DNA of 64,000 nucleotides, from the NCBI GenBank assembly GCA_910585195.1, contig CAJUCX010000003.1, positions 65,828 to 129,827 on the forward strand. The letters run 5' to 3'. Every line of letters begins with the position of its first letter. Position 1 is the stretch's first letter. Shown here in pieces: positions 26,250 to 35,836 of the stretch. The position numbers were made by a program, and so were the translations under genes. Below the pieces are notes generated by a model. The model ran no database searches, had not been told where the DNA came from, and saw only the letters and a list, made by a program, of their open reading frames with translations. The DNA comes from an uncultured Christensenellaceae bacterium (GTDB lineage Bacteria > Bacillota > Clostridia > Christensenellales > CAG-314).

Positions 26250-28910
26250 ATGACAAATACAAAAAAACGCAGTGCTTTTTTAGTTACTGTTTTTGCAGTA
26301 TTTATGTTTGCCTCATTGGCATTGCTTGGCTTGACCAACTTTGCCAGCGCAGCAGGTGAAACGCCAAACGTAATTGTCGGCAATGCAGGTTCAAGCGGTG
26401 ATTTTACGACGTATGACCGTATGGATACGATACTTTCTGTAAACGAAAATTCTCCGACAAAAGGCACGTTCGGCGGCAAAATAGATGATAAAGCCGATGC
26501 CCCGTTGCCGTTCCGCAGACCGGGGTTAATGTATGGAAATGAAGAAGGCAATTCTAAAATTTCATTGTACATTGGTGTAAGTGATGTTGATGACAACGTC
26601 AACTATCAACCCGTTGTAGAAAATCTTTCAAATGCATATAGCGAATTTAAAAAATACTTCAATACGAGTATGCCGTCGGGTAAATACCGTATGGTTGTTT
26701 CTGCTCCGTCGGTAACGGTAAGCGACACTGTTTATGCAGCAGTCGAACAGACTTTCTATTTTGAAATAGAAAAGGCGACAATGACTGTATCGGGCGCTCC
26801 TACTGCTTCTACGGCGTGGTGTCAGGAAGGCGCTTTTTCAAATGCGTTTAATGACTTCGAGTCGCAGATGACTGCGGATAAATTTAATTTAACGGTTACT
26901 CCTAGCGGTTTTTGGTCTAATGAAAGCAATGCAAGTTATTATGACAGCACTATAGAAACAGGTGAAAACACTTATTACAGCGGAGTGCAATATCAATATA
27001 AAGCAGGAAGTATAAGCGAGTTTTCAACCCCCGGCGACATAGAAGTTACCGCGGCTTGGAAAGAGGTGCTTTCTCCTATACTCGGCAAAGGCACGACCGT
27101 TGCGGTAAATTACAAAGTGCTGTTAAAAAACTACGTTTATGAAAGCACAAGCACCTTTGCGCTTACACTCAATGAAGAAGTTGCAGCCCCTAGCGGTCAA
27201 ACCTTGTCATATACCGGCAGCGCTGTTATGCCGGCAATCGCAAGCAGCAAATATACCATAAGTCCTGTTGCGGGCGACGAGTATATTGCACCCGGCACTC
27301 ACCGATTGACGTTGACCCTCAGCGGATGGACTTCAAGCAATACCCGCGTTCGTTGGGCGGAGACAGACGGCACGAGCGCAACGACTACCATAACTTTTAC
27401 GATAGCAAAAGCGCAAAACAGTTGGCAAACTTTGCCTAACGTAGTCGGCTGGACCTGGAGGACTTACTCAGACTCATCTGCCTTTACACGAGGCATTCCG
27501 AATGGCGGCAGTGCCGACGACGTCGTTTATGCCGTTTATAATCAAAACAACACGGCAGTTACGGGGCTTGACGCATTTAAGATTAACGCAAGAGGCGAGT
27601 TCCTTACGCTTAAAGAAGGTACTTATCAAATAGATACGACGATAGATTCTATATTGTTAAATCTCGACGCGGGCGAATATACGCTTAGGGCAACCTTGGC
27701 AGACAATGCAAACGCAAATTACAGCGGTTTGACTGCAAACAGAAGATTTAACGTTACACAGGCTACAAACTACTGGACGCTTGCTCCAAACGCAATTTCT
27801 TGGGTTTCGGGAGAGAGAGGTCTCAGCGACGGGGACTACACGACGTTAATTAACGGCAGGTCGAGATACGGCGCTACAACAATTTGGGTACACCACGCAA
27901 GCATTGCGGCAAACGCAAGAACTGCAAACAACGCGTTGCTTATCATTACCGTGGCGGAAAGTCCAAACGGACAGAGCGGAACAAAAACGCATGCCGTAAA
28001 CAAAGTAAACATTGCCAACTTGTTGGGTATAACAGACAATCAGGAAATAGAAAATCTCGGTATGAAAGACCTCACCGGCGGAACTTACGTTATGACGGCA
28101 AGAGTTGCAAATACGACCAACTATACCCGACTTGACCAAACTATAGAATTCAGAGTAATCGCAAGCGCGGGTACGGAAAATCACTGGACGGTCGTCCCTA
28201 ACATTCAAGGTTGGGTGGTAGGCAATGCGGCGGATATTCCTGTCGGCATTCCTGCTCACGGCAAAGTTAAGTTTGCTTACAGAAAGGTTGCCGACGCACC
28301 GGGCACGGAAACGGAAACCGTCCCTACGGCAATCGGCAACTATATCTTGGTGGCAAGTACCTATGACACAGGCTCTTTTGCAAACCTGACTGCGGAAGTA
28401 GAGTTTGCAATTATAGGCAAACCGTTCTCTTGGGACGTTGCGCCTAGCATTCAAGGTTGGCATAAAGGGGACGCGCCAAACGCGCCTATCGGCAGAGTGG
28501 CAGGTGCAACCGTAGTCTTTACTTACAAAGCAGACGGCAACAATATGCTGACCGGTTCTGCAGAAGTTCCTACGGAAATCGGGGATTATATTTTGATTGC
28601 AACGGCAACAAAAGACGGTCAGACGCTCCGTGCGGAAATTCCGTTCAGCATTACCGCAAACCCTGCGGGGTCCGTAGGCGGTTTGACGGCAGGCTGCATA
28701 ATTTTGGGCGTACTGTTGGCGGCTTGCATCGGCGTTGCGATATTCTTGTTTGTAAAAATGAGACAGGCACATACGGTTATCTTCAAACGCAGAGAAAGCG
28801 GCTCCAACTTGCACGAGTTGAAACGTAATGCTCCTAAGAAACAAAACACCGGCGTTGCCGACAAAGACGCTATAAGAGAAAAATTGAGAAACAGGCACAA
28901 AGACGACTGA
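26250..28910 (+). CDS. Large repeat-containing cell-surface protein (signal peptide, Ig-like repeat modules, C-terminal TM anchor)
   Basis: The start is moved to the ATG at 26250 (AAAGGAG). MTNTKKRSAFLVTVFAVFMFASLALLGLTNFASA is a signal peptide. There are at least four modules starting N(S/Y/H)W...P(N/S)I.GW. The C-terminal GGLTAGCIILGVLLAACIGVAIFLFV TM segment is followed by a basic tail. There is no LPXTG. Confidence 0.7.
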   Translation: MTNTKKRSAFLVTVFAVFMFASLALLGLTNFASAAGETPNVIVGNAGSSGDFTTYDRMDTILSVNENSPTKGTFGGKIDDKADAPLPFRRPGLMYGNEEGNSKISLYIGVSDVDDNVNYQPVVENLSNAYSEFKKYFNTSMPSGKYRMVVSAPSVTVSDTVYAAVEQTFYFEIEKATMTVSGAPTASTAWCQEGAFSNAFNDFESQMTADKFNLTVTPSGFWSNESNASYYDSTIETGENTYYSGVQYQYKAGSISEFSTPGDIEVTAAWKEVLSPILGKGTTVAVNYKVLLKNYVYESTSTFALTLNEEVAAPSGQTLSYTGSAVMPAIASSKYTISPVAGDEYIAPGTHRLTLTLSGWTSSNTRVRWAETDGTSATTTITFTIAKAQNSWQTLPNVVGWTWRTYSDSSAFTRGIPNGGSADDVVYAVYNQNNTAVTGLDAFKINARGEFLTLKEGTYQIDTTIDSILLNLDAGEYTLRATLADNANANYSGLTANRRFNVTQATNYWTLAPNAISWVSGERGLSDGDYTTLINGRSRYGATTIWVHHASIAANARTANNALLIITVAESPNGQSGTKTHAVNKVNIANLLGITDNQEIENLGMKDLTGGTYVMTARVANTTNYTRLDQTIEFRVIASAGTENHWTVVPNIQGWVVGNAADIPVGIPAHGKVKFAYRKVADAPGTETETVPTAIGNYILVASTYDTGSFANLTAEVEFAIIGKPFSWDVAPSIQGWHKGDAPNAPIGRVAGATVVFTYKADGNNMLTGSAEVPTEIGDYILIATATKDGQTLRAEIPFSITANPAGSVGGLTAGCIILGVLLAACIGVAIFLFVKMRQAHTVIFKRRESGSNLHELKRNAPKKQNTGVADKDAIREKLRNRHKDD

Positions 28911-28912
28911 TA

Positions 28913-28939
28913 AAAAAGACGGCGTAAGCCGTCTTTTTT
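28913..28939 (+). terminator. Rho-independent terminator
   Basis: AAAGACGGC-gtaa-GCCGTCTTT followed by a T-run. Confidence 0.9.
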
Positions 28940-29039
28940 GTTTGCAAAAACCAAACAATTTTTTTGGCACTCGATATTGATTTTGCGATACTCCGCGCGA
29001 TACAATTTTTGTGCAAGCAATAATTTAAGGAGTATTGAA

Positions 29040-29807
29040 ATGAATCAAATATTTTTCAAGCCGTTGGTTGTAAGTTCAATCGACGGCGTTGCAATTTACG
29101 ACGGTCAATTTATTTTCGACAAGTCGACGGAAACTTTGTATATAGACTGGGACGGCGCAAGACACGAAGTTACGGGCGGCGATGGTGAAGGCGCGATGCC
29201 TAACTTTACAGTCAGTTGCGAAAGCGGCGATATCGCCTCGGTAACGATAAAGGACGAGGAAGGCGCAAAAAATTTGCACTTTGTTTTGCCGCAGGGAGAA
29301 AAAGGCGAACAAGGCGAAAAAGGTGAGCAGGGCGAGCGCGGAGAAAAGGGCGAGCAAGGGGAAAAGGGAGAAAAAGGCGACTCTGCCTACAATATCGTCG
29401 CGGGAGAAAATATTTCTTTAAGTTTATCTTCCGGCGCGCCCGTCATAAGCGCGGGACCTTTTACCGACGTCTTATACAGCGGAGAGCAAACCAACGCCGC
29501 TTTAATAGGCGACGCCGCAACGCTTGCAAAATACAAAATGCTGTACGTAAAAGGCGTGTTTTCAAACAGTGCGACCTATCAGGTGTGTGCGGTGCTTGAC
29601 CCGCAGTCGTCAATGTACGGCAAGGTGTTTACTATGTCGGCGGCAACTTCAAGCGTAACGATAAAAACCGCTACACTAAAAGTTGACCCTCCGTATATGA
29701 CAAGCAGTTCTGCCGTGCAGGGCACTCAGTCAACCGCGGCGGGTTCTGCGTGGTCGTCAACAAATTTGACTTACTATATAACGGAAGTTATAGGCTTTAA
29801 GAAGTAA
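29040..29807 (+). CDS. Collagen-like triple-helix-repeat protein
   Basis: The start is moved to the ATG at 29040 (AAGGAG). Ten uninterrupted G-X-Y triplets (GEKGEQGEKGEQGERGEKGEQGEKGEKGDS) separate an N-terminal domain from a Ser/Thr-rich C-terminal domain. There is no signal peptide. Confidence 0.75.
   Translation: MNQIFFKPLVVSSIDGVAIYDGQFIFDKSTETLYIDWDGARHEVTGGDGEGAMPNFTVSCESGDIASVTIKDEEGAKNLHFVLPQGEKGEQGEKGEQGERGEKGEQGEKGEKGDSAYNIVAGENISLSLSSGAPVISAGPFTDVLYSGEQTNAALIGDAATLAKYKMLYVKGVFSNSATYQVCAVLDPQSSMYGKVFTMSAATSSVTIKTATLKVDPPYMTSSSAVQGTQSTAAGSAWSSTNLTYYITEVIGFKK
29295..29384 (+). repeat. Coding G-X-Y (GGN GAR MRN) triplet repeat tract
   Basis: The 90-nt tract encodes the 10 collagen-like triplets. 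Confidence 0.9.
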
Positions 29808-30035
29808 CAAAAAAATTCCGCTGACTGCAATTAAAATTTACAAACTTACAGCAAAAATCCTGCCGAATTTTTTTTGGTTTGCGCGGTATTCTCGGTACGA
29901 TTTGTTTGCAAAAAATTTATTTTTTTGCAAACATACTTGCGCATAAGGTTCCGACAGTCAAAATCAATTACGAGCGCGGTAGGTGATTTTTTGCAAAAGG
30001 GCGCAAAAAGCGTCCTTTTTGTTTGCTTAAAACAC

Positions 30036-30064
30036 TTTACAAAGTTAAAGTAATAAAGTATAAT
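30036..30064 (+). promoter_or_regulatory. Promoter of the yerC-like/his transcription unit
   Basis: TTTACA, 17-nt spacer, TATAAT. Confidence 0.65.
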
Positions 30065-30090
30065 AGCGTTATCACAAAAAGAGGTAGACG

Positions 30091-30411
30091 ATGGAAAAAT
30101 TCGACAAAAAAGCAATGCACGACGATTTGTATAAGTGTTTGAGCGAGATAGATTCTCCCGACGTTTTCAAAAAACTGCTGCAAGACTTATGCACTTTCAA
30201 CGAGGTAGAGCAAATGGCGCAAAGGCTGTTGTGTGCAAAACTGCTGCTGAGGGGTTATACTTACAACCAGATTATAGAAATTACCGATATTTCGTCGGCA
30301 ACTCTCAGCCGTGTGTCGAGGTGCATTCAGCACGGCAGCGGCGGCTACGTGGAAGTCGTCGGCAAAATGCTTAAAGAAGAAATAAACAACGACGACGCGT
30401 TGCGGCAATAA
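30091..30411 (+). CDS. YerC/YecD-type TrpR-family DNA-binding protein (candidate histidine regulon repressor HisR)
   Basis: 106 aa. ...CTFNEVEQMAQRLLCAKLLLRGYTYNQIIEITDISSATLSRVSRC... is the TrpR-like HTH. The gene lies directly upstream of hisZ. Confidence 0.75.
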   Translation: MEKFDKKAMHDDLYKCLSEIDSPDVFKKLLQDLCTFNEVEQMAQRLLCAKLLLRGYTYNQIIEITDISSATLSRVSRCIQHGSGGYVEVVGKMLKEEINNDDALRQ

Positions 30412-30444
30412 AACATAGCGCACGGTGCAAAAGGACAACTTACA

Positions 30445-31533
30445 ATGAACAAGCGTAATTATATCAACGGCGAAGAACTTTGTTTCAGCCTCAAAAAACT
30501 TTATGAGAGTTTCGGCTATGTGCAATTTAAGATGAGCAAGTTTGAAGAATATTCCGTATATCTCGACAACAAAAACTTTTTGAAAAGCCCGTATGCCATT
30601 ACATTTACCGACCTCAACGGCAAACTTATGGCGTTAAAGCCAGACGTTACGTTGTCGATAGTAAAAAACACAAAGACAACGGCGGACGCCGACCAAAAGG
30701 TTTATTACCGCGAGAGCGTTTACCGCCCCGACAAAACCACCAAAGAGTTTAAGGAAATCAGCCAAATGGGGTTGGAGTTTATCGGTAAAATAGACGATTA
30801 TGCCACGGCGGAAATTTTGTTGCTTGCGGCAAAAAGTCTTGAAGCGATAGACGGCGACTTCGTGCTTGACGTTTCGCATTTGGGGGTGCTTACGGGATTG
30901 CTGCAAGAGTACAACGCACAAACTTACGCAGCGGAAATTTATGCTTTTATATCTTCCAAAAACACGCACGACTTAATTGATTTTTGCAACAGAAAAAACA
31001 TCGACCAAACCTTTGCAAAAAAAGTCGCAACGCTTGCCGGCGCAAAAGGCAATTTCAGGCAAGTGCTTGAAGTTGCAAAAAAGGTCGCGACAAACAAAGA
31101 ATCCGCAAATGCGGTAAGCGCGCTTGAAACTATTTTTAACGCATTGCAAAATATCGGCTTTGACGACAAAATCAGACTTGACTTTTCAATAGTAAACGAC
31201 GGCGACTATTACAACGGCATTGTGTTTCAAGGTTACGTAGGCAGTTCCGCATACACGGTGCTTACGGGCGGCAGGTACGACAAACTTGTAGGAAAATTCG
31301 TAAATGGTGTTTCGGCAATGGGTTTTGCCGTTTATCTCGACGAGTTGCCGTTGGGAGAAGTTTCCGACGGGTTCGACGGCGACGCGCTTGTTTTGTACGG
31401 AGCGGATACCGACGTCGCCAAAGTGTTAAAGACTGTGCAAAAATATGCGGAGCAAGGCAAAAAAGTATGCGCGGCAAAAAGCGTGCCACAAAACAAAAAC
31501 TTCAAGACAAGCGTAAATTTACAGGAGAAATAA
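30445..31533 (+). CDS. hisZ: ATP phosphoribosyltransferase regulatory subunit
   Basis: HisRS-paralog-like, 362 aa, immediately followed by the short-form hisG. Confidence 0.88.
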   Translation: MNKRNYINGEELCFSLKKLYESFGYVQFKMSKFEEYSVYLDNKNFLKSPYAITFTDLNGKLMALKPDVTLSIVKNTKTTADADQKVYYRESVYRPDKTTKEFKEISQMGLEFIGKIDDYATAEILLLAAKSLEAIDGDFVLDVSHLGVLTGLLQEYNAQTYAAEIYAFISSKNTHDLIDFCNRKNIDQTFAKKVATLAGAKGNFRQVLEVAKKVATNKESANAVSALETIFNALQNIGFDDKIRLDFSIVNDGDYYNGIVFQGYVGSSAYTVLTGGRYDKLVGKFVNGVSAMGFAVYLDELPLGEVSDGFDGDALVLYGADTDVAKVLKTVQKYAEQGKKVCAAKSVPQNKNFKTSVNLQEK

Positions 31534-32160
31534 ATGTTAAACATTGCGTTGCCAAAGGGCAGACTTGGCGAAAAGGTTTATAAAATGTTGGAAAAAGCAG
31601 GATACTCCTGCGACGAAATCACCAAAGAAAGCCGCAAACTTATCTTTACCGACGAGGCAAACGGCGTGCAGTATTTTTGGGTCAAACCTTCCGACGTGCC
31701 TATTTACGTAGAACACGGCGCGGCAGACCTCGGCGTCGCAGGCAAAGACGTTTTGCTTGAAAACCGTTCAGACGTATACGAGTTGCTGGACTTGCGCATA
31801 GGCAAATGCCGCATGGCGGTGGCGTCCAAAAACGATTACCGCGACGATTTGTCCAAACCGTTGGTGGTTGCGACAAAATTCGTAAACATCGCAAAAGACT
31901 ATTACGCAGGCAAAAACAGAGATATAGACATCATCAAACTTTCGGGCTCGATAGAACTTGCGCCTATTTTGGGGCTGTCGGACGTTATAGTCGACATTGT
32001 GGAAACGGGCACGACCTTGCGCGAAAACGATTTGCGCGTGTTTGAAGAAATTTTGCCTATTTCCGCAAGGCTTATAGCAAACAAAGCAAGATACAAATTC
32101 AAAAACACAGAGATAGATTTAATGACGGAAAGGTTAAAAAAGGAGTTGCCCGATGATTAA
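31534..32160 (+). CDS. hisG: ATP phosphoribosyltransferase (short form)
   Basis: MLNIALPKGRL...; 208 aa. Confidence 0.93.
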   Translation: MLNIALPKGRLGEKVYKMLEKAGYSCDEITKESRKLIFTDEANGVQYFWVKPSDVPIYVEHGAADLGVAGKDVLLENRSDVYELLDLRIGKCRMAVASKNDYRDDLSKPLVVATKFVNIAKDYYAGKNRDIDIIKLSGSIELAPILGLSDVIVDIVETGTTLRENDLRVFEEILPISARLIANKARYKFKNTEIDLMTERLKKELPDD

Positions 32161-33442
32161 AATTTTTGACGGCGAGTTTTCTGTTGAAAGCGTGCTTAAT
32201 AGGCAAATACAAAGTTACGGCGAGTTCGAGCAGAGCGTAAAACAAATTATCGCTGACGTTGTAAAAAACAAGGACGAAGCCGTTTTAAGTTATACAAAAA
32301 AATTTGACGGAGTAAATCTCGACAGTTTGGAAGTTTCGGCGGAAGAAATAGAACAAGCAAAACAAAGCGTTTCGGCGGACTTTTTGGTAATCCTTAAAGA
32401 ATCTGCCGAAAATATAAAGTTCTTTCACGAAAAACAAATTAAAAGAGGTTTCGAAGTAACAAAAGACGACGGCGTTGTTTTGGGACAAAAATACACCCCG
32501 ATAGAAAAAGCCGGCATTTACGTGCCCGGCGGTACGGCGAGTTATCCGTCTACCGTGCTTATGAATGCAATTCCCGCAAAAATTGCAGGCGTGGGCGAAA
32601 TTGTTATGTGCACGCCTCCGTCAAAAGACGGCAAAATCAAGGCGGAAATTTTGGCTGCCGCGTCGTTGGCGGGCGTAGACAAAATTTTTAAGTGCGGCGG
32701 CGCTCAGGCAATAGCCGCAATGGCTTACGGAACGGAAAGCATTCCGCAGGTTTATAAGATAGTTGGTCCCGGCAACATATTCGTGGCACTTGCAAAAAAA
32801 CTCGTTTACGGCGTTGTAAGTATAGATATGATTGCAGGTCCAAGCGAAATTTTGGTTATTGCCGACCAAACGGCAAATCCCGTCCATCTGGCGACGGACT
32901 TGCTGTCTCAGGCAGAACACGACAAGTTGGCTACGGCGGTGCTTATTACAAACAGCAGAGAGATTGCAACGCAAACCGCAAGCGAAATCGAAAGGCAGCT
33001 TAAATTGCTGCCTAGGTGCGAGATTGCAAAAACTTCTATAGAAAACAACGGCAAAATTATAGTAGTCGACGGCATTGACAAAGCGATAGACGTTGCAAAC
33101 CAAATCGCACCCGAGCATTTGGAACTGTGCGTAGACAACGCTTATGACTATCTACACAAAATCAAAAATGCAGGCTCTATATTTTTGGGCAAATATACGC
33201 CGGAAGCTTTGGGCGACTATTTTGCAGGTCCAAACCATACTTTGCCTACCGGCGGCAGCGCGAAGTTTTCTTCTCCGCTTTCCGTAGACGACTTTGTAAA
33301 AAAATCGTCTTACATACAATACACAAAAAATGCGTTGGAAAAAGCAAGCGTAAAAGTTGCATACTTTGCCGAAAGCGAAGGTTTGAGCGCGCACGCGCGT
33401 TCCGCAACGGTGCGTTTCGATAAGGAGCAAGGCAATGAGTAA
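32153..33442 (+). CDS. hisD: Histidinol dehydrogenase
   Basis: 429 aa with QAEHD and GDY.AGPNHTLPT motifs. Confidence 0.95.
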   Translation: MIKIFDGEFSVESVLNRQIQSYGEFEQSVKQIIADVVKNKDEAVLSYTKKFDGVNLDSLEVSAEEIEQAKQSVSADFLVILKESAENIKFFHEKQIKRGFEVTKDDGVVLGQKYTPIEKAGIYVPGGTASYPSTVLMNAIPAKIAGVGEIVMCTPPSKDGKIKAEILAAASLAGVDKIFKCGGAQAIAAMAYGTESIPQVYKIVGPGNIFVALAKKLVYGVVSIDMIAGPSEILVIADQTANPVHLATDLLSQAEHDKLATAVLITNSREIATQTASEIERQLKLLPRCEIAKTSIENNGKIIVVDGIDKAIDVANQIAPEHLELCVDNAYDYLHKIKNAGSIFLGKYTPEALGDYFAGPNHTLPTGGSAKFSSPLSVDDFVKKSSYIQYTKNALEKASVKVAYFAESEGLSAHARSATVRFDKEQGNE

Positions 33443-34499
33443 ATTTTTGGACGGCAGTCTTAAAAACCTGCAACCGTACGTTCCCGGTGAACAGCCTAAG
33501 GATGTGCAGTATATAAAACTCAACACCAACGAGTCGCCGTTTCCGCCGTCGCAAAAGGTAATTGAAGTTTTGAACGAAGAAGAAAGCAAAAAATTGCGAC
33601 TCTATTCCGACCCCGAAACTTCGGTTTTGGTAAACGCAATAGCAGAGTTTTACGGTGTAAACGCAAATCAAATTTTGACCGGTAACGGCTCGGACGAAAT
33701 TTTGGCGTTTATCTTCCGCGCTTTTTGCGGAGAGAAAGGTATGGCCTGCCCTGACGTAAGTTACGGGTTTTATCCCGTGTTTTGCAATTTGTTTAATATC
33801 AAATATATTCCCGTGCCGTTAAAAGCGGATTTTACCGTCGACGTAGAAGATTACAAATATATTGCCGACAACGTAATTATTGCAAACCCAAACGCGCAGA
33901 CGGGCATATTTTTGGATTTAGAACAAGTGGAAAAACTGTTGAAACAAAATAAAGACAGGATTGTCGTCATAGACGAAGCGTATGTGGATTTCGGCGGAGT
34001 GTCTGCAATTCCGCTTATCGACAAATATGACAATTTAGTCGTCGTGCAAACTATGTCAAAATCGCGACAGCTTGCCGGCGCAAGAATAGGTTTTGCAATT
34101 TCCAACAGACAGCTGATTGACGACTTAAAGACGGTAAAGTATTCTTTCAATCCTTACAACGTCAACAGATTGAGTATACTTGCAGGCGCCGCCGCATTCG
34201 GAGACGAGAGTTATTTTGACGCTTGCCGCAAAAAAATAGTAAGCTCTAGAGAGCGTCTGACAAAAGCGTTGCAAGAAATGGGTTTTGTCGTTTTGCCGTC
34301 AAAGGCAAATTTCCTTTTGGCAAGGCACGGCAAAATCGGCGGCAGAGAGTTATACCTTAAACTTAAAGAAAACGGAGTTTTGGTAAGACATTTAAGCGAT
34401 GAAAGAATTTCAGACTTCGTGCGTATAACCATAGGCGCCGACGACGAAATAGATATATTGTTAAACAAAATAAAGGTTATTTTGGGAGAAAAGAAATGA
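33435..34499 (+). CDS. hisC: Histidinol-phosphate aminotransferase
   Basis: LNTNESPFPP, a class II aminotransferase, with the MSKS PLP-lysine region. Confidence 0.93.
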   Translation: MSKFLDGSLKNLQPYVPGEQPKDVQYIKLNTNESPFPPSQKVIEVLNEEESKKLRLYSDPETSVLVNAIAEFYGVNANQILTGNGSDEILAFIFRAFCGEKGMACPDVSYGFYPVFCNLFNIKYIPVPLKADFTVDVEDYKYIADNVIIANPNAQTGIFLDLEQVEKLLKQNKDRIVVIDEAYVDFGGVSAIPLIDKYDNLVVVQTMSKSRQLAGARIGFAISNRQLIDDLKTVKYSFNPYNVNRLSILAGAAAFGDESYFDACRKKIVSSRERLTKALQEMGFVVLPSKANFLLARHGKIGGRELYLKLKENGVLVRHLSDERISDFVRITIGADDEIDILLNKIKVILGEKK

Positions 34500-35086
34500 G
34501 AAAAATCGATTTTGCAAGAAAGACGGGAGAAACCGATATTTGCGGCTGTTTGAATTTGGACGGCAGCGGAGTATACCAAATAAACACGGGTTGCGGATTT
34601 TTCGACCATATGACGGAACTGTTTGCAAAGCACGGCAATTTCGATTTGACTTTGCGTTGCGACGGCGATTTGCGCGTCGACGGACACCATACTGTGGAGG
34701 ACTGCGGCATTGTTTTGGGCAAAGCCTTTAAGGACGCGCTCGGCGACAAAAAGGGCATAAGCCGTTACGGCAGTATCATTTTGCCTATGGACGAGGCTCT
34801 TATTCTTGTTGCACTTGATTTCAGCGGAAGAAGTTATCTCAACTTCGACGCGGATTTTCCCGATGAATATAAACTCGGCGATATGGACGCAGAGCTTGTA
34901 GAAGAATTTTTGCTTGCTTTTGTGCGCAATGCGGAAATTACTTTGCACGTCAAAAAACTTTACGGCAAAAACAATCACCACGTTGCGGAAGGCGTGTTCA
35001 AAGGTTTTGCAAGAGCATTGCGGCAAGCCGTCGCCATTGACGAAAAGAACAAGGACAAGCTGCCTTCAACCAAAGGGGTGTTGTAA
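34496..35086 (+). CDS. hisB: Imidazoleglycerol-phosphate dehydratase
   Basis: RKTGETDI..., HHTVED and HH..E motifs; 196 aa. Confidence 0.95.
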   Translation: MRKIDFARKTGETDICGCLNLDGSGVYQINTGCGFFDHMTELFAKHGNFDLTLRCDGDLRVDGHHTVEDCGIVLGKAFKDALGDKKGISRYGSIILPMDEALILVALDFSGRSYLNFDADFPDEYKLGDMDAELVEEFLLAFVRNAEITLHVKKLYGKNNHHVAEGVFKGFARALRQAVAIDEKNKDKLPSTKGVL

Positions 35087-35697
35087 TGATTGCGGTTGTA
35101 GACTACGGTGTCGGCAATTTGTTTTCGCTTGCCAGTTCGCTAAAAAAAATAGGCGCGCAGTGCGTCGTTACGGGAGAAGAAAAGATAATCGAATCCGCCG
35201 ACGGCATAATCCTCCCGGGGGTGGGCGCATTTGCCGACGCAATGCAAAAGTTGACCGATACGGGGTTGGTGCCTGTTTTGCAAAGGCAGGCAGCCGGCGG
35301 CAAACCGCTTTTGGGCATTTGCCTAGGTATGCAGTTGCTGTTTGACGAAAGTTTCGAGTACGGCAAACACAAGGGTTTGGGCTTTGTAAAGGGCTCGGTT
35401 TCGCCAATTGCCGACGATTTGACACAGCCGCTGAAAATACCTCATATGGGTTGGAACAGTCTCGATTTCAAAAAGCAAAGCCCGTTGTTTAAGTATATCA
35501 ACGACGGAGAATACGTTTATTTCGTGCATTCCTACTATGCAAAAAACTGCGGCGACAGTGTAATTGCAACTGCAAATTACGGTATAGATATGACGGTTGC
35601 GGTGCAAAACAAAAACGTATTCGGCACGCAATTTCATCCTGAAAAAAGCGGAGACGCGGGACTTAAAATTCTTGCCGCTTTTGCCGAAATGAAATAA
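35086..35697 (+). CDS. hisH: Imidazole glycerol phosphate synthase, glutamine amidotransferase subunit
   Basis: MIAVVDYGVGNL, GICLGMQ and QFHPEKS. Confidence 0.95.
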   Translation: MIAVVDYGVGNLFSLASSLKKIGAQCVVTGEEKIIESADGIILPGVGAFADAMQKLTDTGLVPVLQRQAAGGKPLLGICLGMQLLFDESFEYGKHKGLGFVKGSVSPIADDLTQPLKIPHMGWNSLDFKKQSPLFKYINDGEYVYFVHSYYAKNCGDSVIATANYGIDMTVAVQNKNVFGTQFHPEKSGDAGLKILAAFAEMK

Positions 35698-35836
35698 GCG
35701 TATTTGAAAAAAACAGACAACGAAGATAATTTTATTTTGAAATTAAGCATTTATGTAAAGTAAATGCAGTCGGAAAAATAGTAAGTTAAGATAAAGTTTC
35801 AAAAAAAAAGCAAGGCAAAAAGGAATGGGAAAAAAT

